A DNA stretch of 64,000 nt from Octopus sinensis. Its lineage: Eukaryota. Each line of letters opens with the position of its first letter. Positions within the stretch are counted from its first letter, which is position 1. The notes beneath the pieces were generated by a model. The model did not search any database and was not told where the DNA came from. It saw nothing but the letters and a program-made list of their open reading frames with translations. The position numbers and the translations under genes are program-made. The stretch covers positions 70,246,001-70,310,000 of the forward strand of contig NC_043001.1 of assembly GCF_006345805.1 (NCBI RefSeq). Reading direction: 5' to 3'. Below are positions 14,118-29,654 of this stretch, piece after piece.

Positions 14118-14487
14118 TAGGGTGATTCAAAAGTCTACATACATAGGAAAAATTTATTTTTTTAATAAGAACCAATTTATAAGATTCCCTAGATCCCCTG
14201 ATCTGATCCCTTTTGATTTCTATTTTTGGAGGCATTTGAAAGGCATGGGGTATCGCAGAAAGATTAAAGAAATCATTTGACGGAACGCATCACCATCTCA
14301 TTTGCACAAGTATCATCTGATGTACTATTACGAGTTCCCAATGAGTGGGGTAAACGTATTGCAATGTGTATTCAAAACGATGATAACCATACAGAGCCTG
14401 TTAAATAAAAGAAAAACTGTTCTTATAAACTGTTTTTTATATAAAAGATCAATTATTCCAATGTATGGCGACTTTTGAATCACCCTG
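14118..14487 (+). mobile_element. Internally deleted mariner-type element
   Basis: 18-bp TIRs ((c/t)agggtgattcaaaagtc), TA on the right, internal RSPDLIPFDFYFWRHLKG transposase C-terminal motif. Confidence 0.9.
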
Positions 14488-15419
14488 TAGTTCAACAGCT
14501 CTAACTTTGCACCATTGTTCTCGTTAGTAGATTCCAGTTTGCCACAAGAATTTGAATTATCTTTCTGATTTGTGGGTAATTTTACTCCTGCAGCAGCTAG
14601 TCGTGGAGGGGAGAGTAATATGGCATAGCACTGACTAAAATACATACTTCATATATATGTGATGGGGAGGGCGTATTGGTATACATGGCTTACACCTTTT
14701 CTTTTAAACATCTATTGAAAACATGACTTTGTATTGATTTAATCACTTTCAATTAGTTTATCTCATATCTTCGTATCCAACAAATCCATTTGGTTTTGGG
14801 CGAGAATGTCCTCAAAGTAATTTTATCAGCGATTCTGAAACCATACAAGCCTCATCTTCAGAAATAAAACCCAACATTCGAAACTGTATTTATACGACTC
14901 TATATCTAGACAAACTTTTACATTAACAACAATGGCTACATCTGATTTCACAAAAGACATAAAAAATTGTATATCTACACGGCGAAAATGAATGGCCACT
15001 TAAGTACAAAATGTTAGAAGTACCAATCACTACTAAAAGCATTTACATTCTCTTCTACAAACGGAACACAAAATAAAAGGAATCTGCAAAATAAAATAAG
15101 CATTAATCAAAAATGGATACATATTCAAAGAGATTAGTAAACCGATTTATTGATTAATACAGACAGAAATATAATGCAGAAATACATGAGAATATATTCC
15201 ACTCTGAACTAAAATGCATAAATTACACACAAAGTATAAGAATCAAATGCATGCCAGATATAGAACATATGAAACCATATTAAAACATCTCATAAACACA
15301 AAATAAGCCACACCAAAAAATATATTGAGATAAATAGTATGTTATATAAGGCAATAAGATCTAACATGTCTTTATTAACAATGCACCTCAACCATGTAAA
15401 CCTGAGAACGACCAAAGTA

Positions 15420-15700
15420 AATGATAAGTTTTCAATGAGAGCTGCAATCATCAGATTTTCGACAGCTACATGCACCAGATTTATACAACACTGTCTCGTA
15501 GGCTCATCAGGCATTTTAAATAAGAAACCTTTGCAACACAATATATCAAACACCATATAAAAATGAACATAGAACAATATTTGCAGAATATACATTCATG
15601 CGTAATAGAATTACCCTAGGTAGTAGGCGATTGATTACAAAAGCAATATTAAGAATGCACAAAATATTTACCACTGGCATGCAATATACCGGCAGTGCAA
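15420..15700 (+). pseudogene. Highly decayed PLE-like GIY-YIG fragment
   Basis: SYMHQIYTTLSRRLIRH and SRRLITKAIL resemble the YIGxTxxTLSRRLTxH and RRLxIxEAILI motifs. Confidence 0.45.
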
Positions 15701-16054
15701 TGCAAATCAAATGACGTAGATTGAAGACTAGAGCAGTCAACTATTATCAGAAACGTCTGTGGAAACAGAAGTCCACTATTATAGATCCAAAGATGTTTAA
15801 CATTCTAAAACGATGGATGAAATAGCTCTGAAACATTATCGCAAGAAATAAACTGTATTTGAAGCACTAACACAAGAAAATTAAGGAAAACAAATAGGTT
15901 TTATTTTTCGATATAATACATACACGCACTTCCACACTGCCAGAACGACTCACACACACTCATATTCTTCGCTCATTTTTCTTTTCGTTTTCTACCACAT
16001 CCCCTCAGTTATTAAGCTTTCAACTAACACATCTGTTAAAATTTGCCATTCCAG

Positions 16055-16055
16055 T

Positions 16056-16108
<53 letters not shown>

Positions 16109-16154
16109 TATTAATAATAGTAGTAGTAGTAGTAGTAGCAGTAGTAGTAGTAGT

Positions 16155-16194
<40 letters not shown>

Positions 16195-16250
16195 AGTAGT
16201 AGTAGTAGTAGTAGTATAGTAGTAGTAGTAGTAACAATAATAATAAGCAT
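16055..16250. repeat. (TAA)n/(GTA)n/(GCA)n microsatellite
   Basis: Direct reading. Confidence 0.93.
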
Positions 16251-16457
16251 AATTGAAAATAACAATAATAAATAATGATTATCATCACATTAAATCCTTT
16301 ATGTATATATATACACATTTATATACATATACTTCTATTGCATCTATTAGTAACTGTTGCAATTTTAACCTTAAAATGACACTGGTGCAGTTTCTTCAGG
16401 GACTTCACTTTAATATCCTTTGATAGAAAGTGTATATATAATATTATATTATGTTCG

Positions 16458-16638
16458 AGTAGTTAGAAGAATATAGGTAAGAGAATAATGTTTACAACCC
16501 AATCTTTTCCACTGGATATGAATATTGGTCAGTATCCCATGAGGGCACAGGTTTTTATGAATTACTGATCAACATACATATCCTGTGGAAAAGATTAGTT
16601 GTGAACATTATTCTCCTGCCTATATTCTTCTAAATACT
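16458..16638. repeat. Long inverted repeat (about 62-bp arms)
   Basis: 16458-16520 is the near reverse complement of 16577-16638; inner 10-bp stem TTGGTCAGTA/TACTGATCAA. Confidence 0.9.
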
Positions 16639-16730
16639 TTTACTCCTGTATTCTTCTGTTTTATTCTTTCTAAACTGTGTTTTATTCCTTGTAAACTATA
16701 AATTTTCGCCGTCTAAAATATTTATACCTT

Positions 16731-16805
16731 GTCTCTGATGATGGGATACCCAGTGCACTTACATGCTTACCTATCACTTGGTGACCCCGGAAACGTCTGT
16801 AAGAC
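16731..16805 (+). ncRNA. Type I hammerhead ribozyme, intact core
   Basis: Stem I GTCT/AGAC, CTGATGA 16735-16741, extended stem II, GAAA 16790-16793, stem III AC-gtct-GT, GUA triplet. Confidence 0.75.
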
Positions 16806-16964
16806 TTCAAATTCACCTTACGTTAATTTAATTATTCTAAATATTTTGAAATACTTGTTCTGCCTTGGTTTTTGATTTCTTCTCTAATATAATATGTACT
16901 TCAAAATTTAAATTTATTTTGTCAAAATATTTTCGTCGCTTTGAGACCGCGACCTGTTCACTGA

Positions 16965-17105
16965 CAAAATTTAAATGTTGAAGTCAATCTAATGGATTTT
17001 GTGTGTTTCTTATATGGCTTATAAACACCTTCCACGCTGCAATTGTTTTCGTCCCAGCACACGATCTCAGATCAGGTCACTTGCTAAGCAAGTACATCTC
17101 CGTAA
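16965..17105 (+). mobile_element. Interspersed repeat family X (cagcacacgatctcagatcaggtcacttgc)
   Basis: Homologous to 60374-60505 (-) and 61645-61815 (+). Confidence 0.75.
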
Positions 17106-17233
17106 TATGTACTTGTTATAACGGAATCTTAACACGGATCCCTAGATTCAGCCTTAGCTGTGAACGTCGACCAACTGTAATACCACTTACTCAGCGTAAA
17201 TATTCGTTTAGATCATACGTGATATAAATCTCT

Positions 17234-17299
<66 letters not shown>

Positions 17300-18743
17300 T
17301 GTGTGTGTGTGTGTGTGTGTATGTGTGTGTGTATAAATGTATGTATGTATGTGTCATCTCTGTGTGTCTTTATGTTTATGTCTGTCTTCACTCCACTAAC
17401 GCTTGATAGCTGATGTTAGTGCGTTTTCTTTCCCGTACCTTAACTATTCGGCAAAAGAAATCGATAGGATAGGCACCAGGCTTATAATAAACACTAGGTC
17501 GATCTATTCGACTAAAATTTCTTCAAGATGGTCCCCCAGCATAGCGGCAGTCTCACTGTTGGAAGAAGGAAAAGCTAAACGAGATATACCACCAAATCAC
17601 ATTCGATTTCTCCAAACTCAGTAAATTTGTAAAAATTAAGCCCTGAGCTTGAACTGCTAGAATGAAATGAAGAGTGGTTGGATTATGTATATTCTCTGAA
17701 TCAAAATTCCGAGGACAATAAATCCTGCTTATAAATATAATTTGTTTCACTTCATATTTCAAATGACTGCAGTACAAGCTATGCGGTATAGGTCATGTAA
17801 AGCTCAGCCCGTTTAACAATTACTACTCCTGTATCTTGTTCTCCAAATTTCTAGATGTTTTCCCCATACTAACTTCATTGAAGTGGCAGCAAGTTTCAAA
17901 ACTCGTGTTGCCATCCGCATGCTAACTTAAGGAGAGAGTAAGTCTGACGAATTCAACAGCACTGATGATCACATAATCGACGAAATGGAAGATAATGAAC
18001 TACAGGTCTCTATATATATGTAAGCCTGTATGTGTGTATGTATGTATATACATGCAGAGAGATAGAGAGATATGTAAAATGTTGTTAGGATAGGTGTACG
18101 AGCTTATGGGCGAAAGATGCGTGCTTCAGTGTGTGCGTGCGTATGTCAAAGAAAATATAGGTTACTATGTACGAGTTATGATGAACATTCAGCATTTGCA
18201 GCATTATAAATAGCTGTAACGTCCTACGATTTGCATTTAATTGCGCACCACAGTAAAACTAGTTGTACCCCAGGGCATTGACATTTCTAAACACTTCATC
18301 ACACACACTCACACACACACACATACATATAGACACACATATACACACATACATATATATGTATATATCAAATGCTCTATAAAGTTTATAATATTACCTT
18401 TGGCCATATATTTGTTTCAAATATCATTTCTTGGTGTAAGTTAAATGTCGCCTGAATGGTAGTGAGTAACCGGAAGCACATTTTACGTGAGTGAAAGACA
18501 AATATCAATCACCAATGTGTATGAAAGTAGGCAATTGTGGATCGCAAATATATCAGTTATAATATATATCGGTTCATCATCCATCTAGACATACGTGAAA
18601 TGCCAAGTACTTTGTCAATATTGCTTGTACGATAATTCTGATGTTGTATACACACATCACTATATATAATATATATATATATATATTATATATATATATA
18701 TATATATATTAACCCCTCTATCTATCTATGTCTATATATGTAT

Positions 18744-18832
<89 letters not shown>

Positions 18833-18899
18833 GGGAGTATAACTCCAAACTTACAGGGAAGAATTTAATTTAGTATTAAATCAAATTTCGCAATATAAA

Positions 18900-20429
<1,530 letters not shown>

Positions 20430-21024
20430 AGAGCAGGAAAATTGCATCAAAAAATCATCACAGAAAATATACGTCATGAAGAATATGAAAACTGTCATAA
20501 ATATGCGTTGGTACAATCCTGTGCTAAAACTTTTGAAGAAATAATATACATCCATGTTAAAATCCTCTGCGGCAATCCATAATTCTGTTCTCTTCAACAT
20601 GTGATCCATAAATGCAGAAAATAAAAGTAGTTAATTTTTTGCACTTTATTGTTGTATATACAAAACTGGAAGATATCATTTTATGCAAATGTAAAAATAG
20701 CCGTTTACTGACCAAATATAGAGTAAATTAATGTAATTTTGAAATTATTATATTTAAAATCAGTGTGCTGTACGTTACAGGTGTACAAGATCAAATTTTA
20801 AGAAGGAATATTTCTGGCATTCATCCAATGGATAATTTATATTATGTGAATATCTGTATACTCAAAATAATTCAAATTTAATTTATTTTTTCCTACTTGT
20901 AACAAGCTAACCAGTATATGAAAAGTAAGAAAAATAAGATATTAATGTGAATCTTTACTTATGATTTATGATTTTGTTTAAAGTTTTATAAAACCTGTCT
21001 TCCATTGGATAATGCTCGCTACTG

Positions 21025-21048
21025 TATATATATATATATCTATATCTA

Positions 21049-21143
<95 letters not shown>

Positions 21144-21180
21144 ATATATATATAATATATAATATATAATATATATATAT
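21025..21180. repeat. (TA)n/(TATC)n microsatellite
   Basis: Direct reading. Confidence 0.93.
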
Positions 21181-22159
21181 ACCAGTGCATCCATTAAATG
21201 GACGTTAGTAAGACTTTACGTCTGATTCTACACCTGAACTACCATCCTCATGGAAACCATACGTACATGAGTGAAAATGAGTGCGACATTGTATAACAAG
21301 GCCGAGCCCCTGAATTTCAGGTACGATCCATTGGATTATACGTATCATCCATCTGCAACATTGTACACAGTTTCTACAGATTACTTTCCCTTATAATGTA
21401 TGGTTTGACGCATGTTTGTAAAAGTTACACTTGCTCAAGCTGTTGGGAACCGAATCCATAACTGAGACGTTATCATTATGTAGTGATCTTGTTTTTCCTG
21501 GAATGATACCGCAATAATTATGAACCTCATGCAAAAGAAGTAATAATGAATTTAAAATGGCATGTGTATCATCATAGTGACAGGCAAATTTTGTTACGGT
21601 ATTTGTCCTGAGCTAATATATCATATGAATGTTCTGTGTTTATAAACACAAAATAGATCGAAGGCAGAGGACATAATGGTCCAGCTATCTGTTGCAATGT
21701 TTCCGCCATCGGTCTGTATGATAATGCAAACACGGATAATCTCAAAAACAGTGGCCTAAAAACTACACTCATCCCAACAAAAATCTGAAGGGAAGATTAT
21801 CTAATTCACCCTGTGTAATAGAATTTACAAATGAGGAAATCCACCTGCATACCGAGACTATGGTTGCTATGTCGGTTGCGCCTAACATACTACACTTGAC
21901 AGCAGCCAACTCTTTATAAACAAAAGCTAAAATGTCTTCGTTAGTAAGGCTAGAAAAACGGGAAAAAAAAACGAAAAAGTATAACTTAAATTCATACATT
22001 TAAAGGGGTTACATCGAAACATATCTTAACTTAACGCAGACTTTGTATCTAGGACTATAATACAGCAAATTTAGTCTCAGTTTTTCATTGGAATTGCAAT
22101 AATAGCTAAGGGTATAATTGAATGTTATTTTCAAAACAATATCGTTTTCTCTTCATATA

Positions 22160-22385
22160 GCCGCGTACTGGCAGAATCTTTAACACAAAGGACAGAATGC
22201 TTAGCGGTGTTTTGTCTGTCTTTACGTTCTTAGTGCAAATGCTGCCGAAGTCGAATTTGCCTTTCATCGTTTCAGGCTCGATAAAATAAATACCAGTTGA
22301 ACACTGCGGTTGACGTAATCGGCTTATCTTCATTCCTGTATTAGCTGATATTGTGCCCCAAATTGCAACCAGTTTTTCTGTATTG
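22160..22385 (+). mobile_element. SINE family A, diverged copy
   Basis: Homologous to the reverse complement of 24288-24626. Confidence 0.7.
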
Positions 22386-24287
22386 ATATGTGTGTGTTTG
22401 CCTATACATGCATACATACATACGTATGTATGTATGTATGTATGTATGTATGTATGTATGTGTATGTATGTATGTATGTATGTATGTATGTTTATATGCA
22501 TGTATGTATGTATGTATGTTTATATGCATGTATGTATGTATCACAAGAAGATGACATTAAGAGAAATTGCTCAAACAATGTAGTCATTAAATAATGTTTT
22601 ATTTTTAATGTTGCATTTCTATTTCTTTATCATTATATTATACATTTCATCATATTCAAAAAAAGCTATTGTGTCTGTTATGTTCGGAAATATTTCTTTT
22701 GCACCACCGCCTCCACCACCACCACTCTTAAAATCATCACATCAGCATCAGGATAAATACTAATGGCAATTTTATTGCAAAGAGGTATTCTTGTTATATT
22801 TGGGCAAAATTAATAGATATAATTTTTAAATGAACGTAACTGACTGCTGCCGAAAACCTGTGTATTTGTCAACAATTTGCAAATAATGTAAGCCCCACTT
22901 GTATTATCTGTTCCATTTGAAAATAAATATTTTTGATACGTGGAAACATCATTGTCGTATTTACGTATTTCTAAACAAAAATTATTCTTAGAATTCATTG
23001 TATAAACTATTCAAGACACAAAAATACTATATTGTATTTTTCATCTTAAGTAGGCACTTAATATCTCTCAAAAGAGCAAGAAATGGCAGTGAATCATTTA
23101 TTCAATGATACATTGAGGACAATCTAAGTACACTTTTACAATTTTTTTTTAATATGTATATTCATATGTATAGTTTATATTTTTTTTAAACTGACATGAT
23201 AAGACAAAGGCGAATCAAAATGGCCGCCAATTTCTGATTTGAATCTTTGTGAATTGTAGTTTTTAATTTTTTTTTCGGTTCCATATTTTCTGTCTGCACT
23301 ATGCTCTTTAGATGTACTAGTATTTACTTCGTCATGTAATGCAAACACAAGATTGAACACAAAAATGTTCATTATATAATTTAGACAGAATAAGACACCT
23401 TCAGCTTTTTGGACCCTCCGTATGTAATGAGATTTATGCCCAACTAAAATATTTGAAAGCTACACGTGGTCTGGAGGAAATTGAAGTAATGCAGTGAAGG
23501 TATGCAAGAAAATGAATAATCGAAAACGAAAAGTTAGATATTTGTAGATTATCCTTGTTGTTATTTAATCCTGTATCTTGCTACATTGAGAACACTGATG
23601 AATAACCGTGTTCTAGATATGGCTACCACATCATATTTCAAGAATAGTGATTTTTACCATTAAATCATTTGTAGGATCTATTCCTATCATTCATTTAATA
23701 AGAGAGCAAGATGTATTCTGAGAGAGAGGTTGATAGTGTTTCTAGTAGTTTTAAATCACCACGTAGAATTCGTTAACTGTCTTGTAAGTTTGTAATAGAA
23801 GCGAATTGTTAGTTTTGCTGTTTATATTTTGAGGATACTCGCTGGTTAAATCAGCTGGATTACTGATGGAACCCAGAATTTTAGTATTTAAATTGAAAGC
23901 AAATGCAGCTCTTAATAACAACTTGGATTACATCATGCTTGTACGATCAATTGTGTGTGTGTGTGTGCGTGCGCATGCGTGTGTGTGCGTGCGCATGCGT
24001 GTGTGTGTGCGTGCGCATGCGTGTGTGTGCGTGTGTGTATGAAAAAAATATTCACTGATGTTGAAGTTAGGAAGTATTAAGGAGTATCAGTATATATTAA
24101 GACATTCATATTACAAAATTATAAATAGGCAGAAATGCTACATTGTGTAAAATAGTTTTTCAACTTGATTCCATTTGTAGCGTTCTAATTTCGAACACTT
24201 TCCTTCCCCGTTTTCACCTGTGAGCGTTTATATTTTTATAGATCCTCCTGAGATGATTGTCAATGTACTTTTTTTAGGGGGTGGGGC

Positions 24288-24626
24288 AGTCGATTAGATC
24301 GACCCCAGTACTTAATATATCTACCTTGAAAGGATGAAAGGCAGAGTTGACCTCGGCGGAATTTCAAGTCAGAAGGTAAAGACAGACGAAATACCTATTT
24401 CTTTATTACCCACAAGGGGCTAAACATAGAGGGGACAAACAAGGACAGACAAACGGATTAAGCCGATTACATTGACCCCAGTGCGTAACTGGTACTTAAT
24501 TTATCGACCCCGAAAGGATGAAAGGCAAAGTCGACCTCGGTGGCATTTGAACTCAGAACATAACGGCAGACGAAATATGTCTATGCATTTCGCCCGGCGT
24601 GCTAACGATTCTGCCAGCTCGCCGCC
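24288..24626 (-). mobile_element. SINE family A with internal duplication of its core
   Basis: Minus strand reads ggcggcgagctggcagaatcgttagcacgccgggcgaaatg..gttctgagttcaaatgccaccgaggtcgactttgcc (A/B-box-like head); the core occurs twice. Confidence 0.85.
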
Positions 24627-26195
24627 TTGTATATTCGTCAATGTAATTACTTTGACGCCATTCAAATAGATACCTCTCATTCCTTTATGTACTTAATTCA
24701 ACTAATTGTACCACAATTCTAAAAAGTCCTATGGTAGAATGTTACAACTAAATTATTACATCCACACACCCTGTTTTTTTGTGAGATGTGATTTGTACTT
24801 CTCCCGTTCTGGCAAATGTGCGTTTTTGTTGTGGTGATAGTGGAGGATTTCCCCTTGTTCCACATTTTGCTTTTAGCTACTCAATCAACTGAATTGCTTA
24901 TTCTTCAATTAACATCACTGTAGCTGAATCATCCACAGAAATGTGTACCATTAAAATCATTCCCAGGCAGAATCACATAGTGTATGGCGGGGTTGTACCA
25001 CTTGAATTATGCATGCAAACAATCGTGCGAGCTTTTAAACAGATTCTGCCAACCGATTTCATGTACACGATATGAGTCTAACAGAGAAAATGTTAGTTAT
25101 ACAAGATACCAGGCTATGGGATTAATACCGAAACTTCGTGGTTGGAAAATGAATTTCTTAACCATTAGACCATGCTTCGCCTACGTATTCAGTGCAATAA
25201 ACGCTTATTATTAAGTATCAAAAAAGTGTTGCGCAGGCAGAATCGTTATTGCAACGAACAAACTGGTTGGTGCCAATTCTTCTGGCAATTTACCTTCTGA
25301 GTTCAACATAACTACCAGTCAAATACTGAAGTTGATGTAATTGAATTGCCTCCTTCCTACCTAAATGCTGACCTGATGCCAAAACTTTAAACCAGTGTTA
25401 AATATTAGTTATTATTTACCACCAAACATGATGAAATATATTTTTATAAAAATCATTATAGATGAGTAATGGATAATAGAAGTGGGTAGAATGCCAGGCA
25501 AAATTTGTGTCACTATACCTAGCTTGATGAATTTACATTCGGCGTTGAATTCCTGCTATGGTTCCAATCATAATACACATTACAGCAGCAACAAAGAGTA
25601 AGGGTGGTAGAAGTAGTGTCTATTTTTTGACACTGAATGTCTTGTTCATCTGAAATTATATATTGCTATTCTAAATTTATAAAGCTTCCACAAAACACAC
25701 CCCAGGATATGTGAGTTGATGTAGCTTTTATTAAAACAGACGGTTTCCTGAGAGTTTGACAGTCGAAATTGAATGAATGATTTTTCAACGTATCGCGATA
25801 TTATTAAAGATTTAATTAAACCAAATACTAAGAAGAAATCAAGATTATCATCGAACTGGCTTATAAGAAGATGGTTTGAATTTTAGCATTGTAGAATACA
25901 TCACTAACTAGTGTTGTGAATGCAATAGAATGTTAAGCCACTACATTGTGAAATCATACTTTGTTTTCTGAAGCATGAATACGGATATACACAAGTTGTG
26001 TGTACTTGCATGACTGAATTTTGCAGCATGCATACATTCATCTCGGTCAGTCATAACCTGACGAATGTACCAAGAGAAAGGCATATCGATGTGTAAAACA
26101 CACATAAACGCACACACACTCAGGCACATTCACACATACAAAAACACATATACCCACAGAAAGACACACAATCACACACACACTTATATAGGCAT

Positions 26196-26226
<31 letters not shown>

Positions 26227-26287
26227 AGAAGAAGAGAGATTATATATGACCATTTTAAATATATACATACTCAGAATTCATACATGC

Positions 26288-26318
<31 letters not shown>

Positions 26319-26421
26319 TATATATATATATATTGTATTATATTATATTATATTATATATATATATTATATTATATTATATTATATTATATTATATTATA
26401 TTATATTATATTATATATATA

Positions 26422-26460
<39 letters not shown>

Positions 26461-26467
<7 letters not shown>

Positions 26468-26739
26468 ATCACGTGACCGACCAGTCCATCAGATGTAGTT
26501 ACACATCGCTGGTCACAATGCGTTCGCATTGTTTTAGCCTTCGTTTGACGCCACCTCGCTTGCTAAGCGAGCAGGCCAACAGAAGAAAAAGTGGGAGAAA
26601 GAGTGGTGAAAGAGTACAGCAGGGATCACCACCCCTCCACCTGCTGGAGCCTCGTGGAGCTTTTAGGTGTTTTCGCTCAATAAACACTCACAACGCCCGG
26701 TCTGGGAATCGAAACCGCGATCCTACTGGGCCATTGCGC
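26461..26739 (-). mobile_element. tRNA-headed SINE (family E), head internally deleted
   Basis: Minus strand ggcgcaatggccc..ggtttcgattcccagacc (A-box start and B-box). Confidence 0.7.
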
Positions 26740-26755
26740 CTACACACACACATAT

Positions 26756-26834
<79 letters not shown>

Positions 26835-26839
26835 CATAT

Positions 26840-26909
<70 letters not shown>

Positions 26910-26910
<1 letters not shown>

Positions 26911-27658
26911 TAGGGAGAGTCCAAAATTATACACACTCTTATTTTTCAATGTATTTATACAAAAGCAGGGGATAAACAAGTACATCTTTTTCCTACATAA
27001 TTTCATTCCTGTTTAATGCACTTGGTCCAGCGGTGCACAGATTTGCGTATTCCCTCCAAGAAGATTTTTGGTTGGTCGTGCAACCATTTATGCACCGCTT
27101 TCTTCACAACTTCATCCGTGGGAAATCAACGACAGCGTAAACCGTCTTTGAGCGGTCCATAGATATGATAGTCGGAAGGGGTTTGTGGGCTGTAGGTAGG
27201 GTGTTCCAATACTTACATGGTATTAATGATAACTACTAACGTAAACAAAAAGAAAACACAAACTGGGTTAATTGGTTAATATTTTCAACGGTTTGGGTGG
27301 TCGTATGTAAGTGTCCCTTGTCATGCAACAACAAAACTTTGTTCGACAATAGGCTTCGGCGTTTGGTGAGAATTGCTTGCTTCAGTTTTTTGGCAAGCAA
27401 AGCACTGTATTTTGCACTATTGTTCGTAGACCCCTTTTCCAGAGAAATCGGATCACTGCTCGTTGTTCTTCTTAGCTGCACATTGCTAGTGGAACGGCCA
27501 TGCATACACTGTAAAGCCAGAAAGTAAAATGGCGCAATCAGGCTCAAACTTTGATCACGTGACTACAATAGTACCAACTAAATGCACGTAGAAGACAGTA
27601 TGGCAATAATAAAGATATGTTATGGTGGAAGTGCGGATAATTGTTTTACTTCACCTCG
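26910..27658 (-). mobile_element. Internally deleted mariner element
   Basis: LLSNKVLLLHDK and HPTYSPQTPSDYHIYGPLK..WLHDQPKIF..RWTKCI motifs; degenerate TIRs of about 28 bp; TA at 27659. Confidence 0.88.
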
Positions 27659-27663
27659 TATAA

Positions 27664-27694
<31 letters not shown>

Positions 27695-27849
27695 TATATA
27701 TGTATATGTATACATACTTTTATATGAATGTATATACGCATATACATTTATATACGCTTCGGCATGTGGTTGGGTAAAGGCGAGCATCTTATGATAATAG
27801 CCTTCACATTAATATCTACGTAAGAAGCAACAGAATTGGAGATTGTGTG

Positions 27850-28250
27850 ATTAGGGGTCAGTTCACATGATGCAAACAGACTGGGATGAGATGTAATCGG
27901 TTTACGAAAGAGAAGCTGTAGAGTTGCAAAAGACGTATTTTGAGGTATTGTGAGGTCGAAAATATCCAGGAGGTTACAGATGGATCGACAAAAACAGAGG
28001 TGAAATCTGAAGCCGAGTGGGAAAAATTTAACCAGAACACTGAGAGTGTGATCTGTTTATAAATATGTCGGGTAGAACCCATACAGTCGTTGTTGCTATG
28101 GTCGAATAACTTTTTTTTGAGGCTGAAAAACTGGATGAAGACCTGGACTGCAAGATATCACCAAGTCGGTTGAAATATGTATCAAACTGACCGTATTTTA
28201 GATTCTTCACTTTATTGATCAATCAGCAAGATGTAGTGTTGTTCAATTAT
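27850..28250 (-). pseudogene. Possible L2/Rex-like RT remnant
   Basis: Weak motif resemblance (TTVWVLPDIFINRSHSQ, SASDF); heavily decayed. Confidence 0.3.
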
Positions 28251-28778
28251 ATTTGTTTCAACTAATAACTTTAGTTTTAATGATGAGACATCTTCATAAA
28301 TCCGTCTTCACTCTATTTTGTTGGCTTTAAAATCTGACATACAATGTAGTTAGAAAATAAGAAATTTCGTGAAGGTCGAAGATCAAATCGTTCACAATGA
28401 AGTGTAGATATAAAATTTAATAAAAATGTTTCATCTCTAGAGATGAGGTTAATAGTTTGGCAAGTCATAATTGTATTAATAACACATCGCAGACAGTTAG
28501 ACAGTTTATCAATATAGAATCTTCAATAAAATTTGATATACTGGTCTTTGGTCTTTTAAATTTTCATGAACCTTGAAATGATCATAAAGTAGAGATCGGT
28601 CTAATCAGCGTAGATGTAATTGTTACCGAATACGGCAAAGGCTCATAAGCTTGTACATGTTACGTCTATCGTAATTTAGTTGTTGGTATTTAGCCCAAGA
28701 GAAATCTTGATTATCATTACCTATGATCACAGGCGCTAATTCCAGCCACTAAAATACATTATTATTATTATTATTATT

Positions 28779-29465
28779 GAGTGAGAGAGCAGTTCATGTC
28801 ATCAAAATGACACTGGGGTAAAATATACGAAGCCCAATATACCCATCATGACTACCCGTCTGATAAGGGTACACCAGGCACATGCATCACAACCATATGT
28901 GCGCGACATGGTGATCTCATATCAAGATAAACAGCACATGACCTTACAGGTGGGGGCCCAGTTAGAATTTTCTTCAGGTTGAGTAGCCCATCCCGCTCAA
29001 AAGGTCCCTGAATAAGGGTTGTTTAAGGATGTTGAACGAAACACCCATGTTCCCAGAGGTGAATTATTCAAACCCCAAAGAATCCCTCTCAACACATGGC
29101 TATGATGCTCCCCCACTACTTCTGCTCGTGATCAGAGATGCACATATCGTCAGCCACTAAGGGACATGCTCAACTGGTTACGGTCAAACAACTGACAAGC
29201 AAATCTGTGGTATTGAGCAGAATATTTGCTGTAGCCCATCTTTTATACCAAGACAAAACAATGTACATGATAACACTTCCAATCAGTTAAGATCAGAAGC
29301 CATGAGAGCCACTGCCTGGTACTGCATCAGGGCATTGTGGTATTGAGCAGAATATTTGCTGTAGCCCATCTTTTATACCAAGACTAAACAATGTACATGA
29401 TAACACTTCCAATCAGTTAAGATCAGAAGCCATGAGAGCCACTGCCTGGTACTGCATCAGGGCAT
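28779..29465. mobile_element. Non-coding interspersed element bounded by (ATT)n on both sides, with a 130-bp terminal tandem duplication
   Basis: Flanks 28758-28778 and 29466 onward are ATT repeats; 29206-29335 equals 29336-29465 with 1 mismatch; family identity inferred. Confidence 0.75.
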
Positions 29466-29494
29466 TTATTATTATTATTATTATTATTATGATA

Positions 29495-29562
<68 letters not shown>

Positions 29563-29591
29563 CATCATTATTATTATTATTATCATTATTA

Positions 29592-29651
<60 letters not shown>
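29466..29651. repeat. (ATT)n microsatellite
   Basis: Direct reading. Confidence 0.97.

Positions 29652-29654
<3 letters not shown>

Noticed and set aside
14810-14865. Minus-strand CTGAAGA with a 6-bp stem II
   Set aside because: GAAT instead of GAAA and broken stem III; at best a decayed HHR.
15478-15515. Minus-strand CTGATGA..GAGACAGTGT motif
   Set aside because: 1-bp stem II, A14 changed to G, and it overlaps a GIY-YIG-like reading on plus; likely coincidence.
17936-18000. CTGACGA and CTGATGA followed by GAAA
   Set aside because: No stem I and an incomplete stem II.
23217-23228. AAAATGGCCGCC YY1-like motif
   Set aside because: Isolated, with no GC-rich context or ORF.
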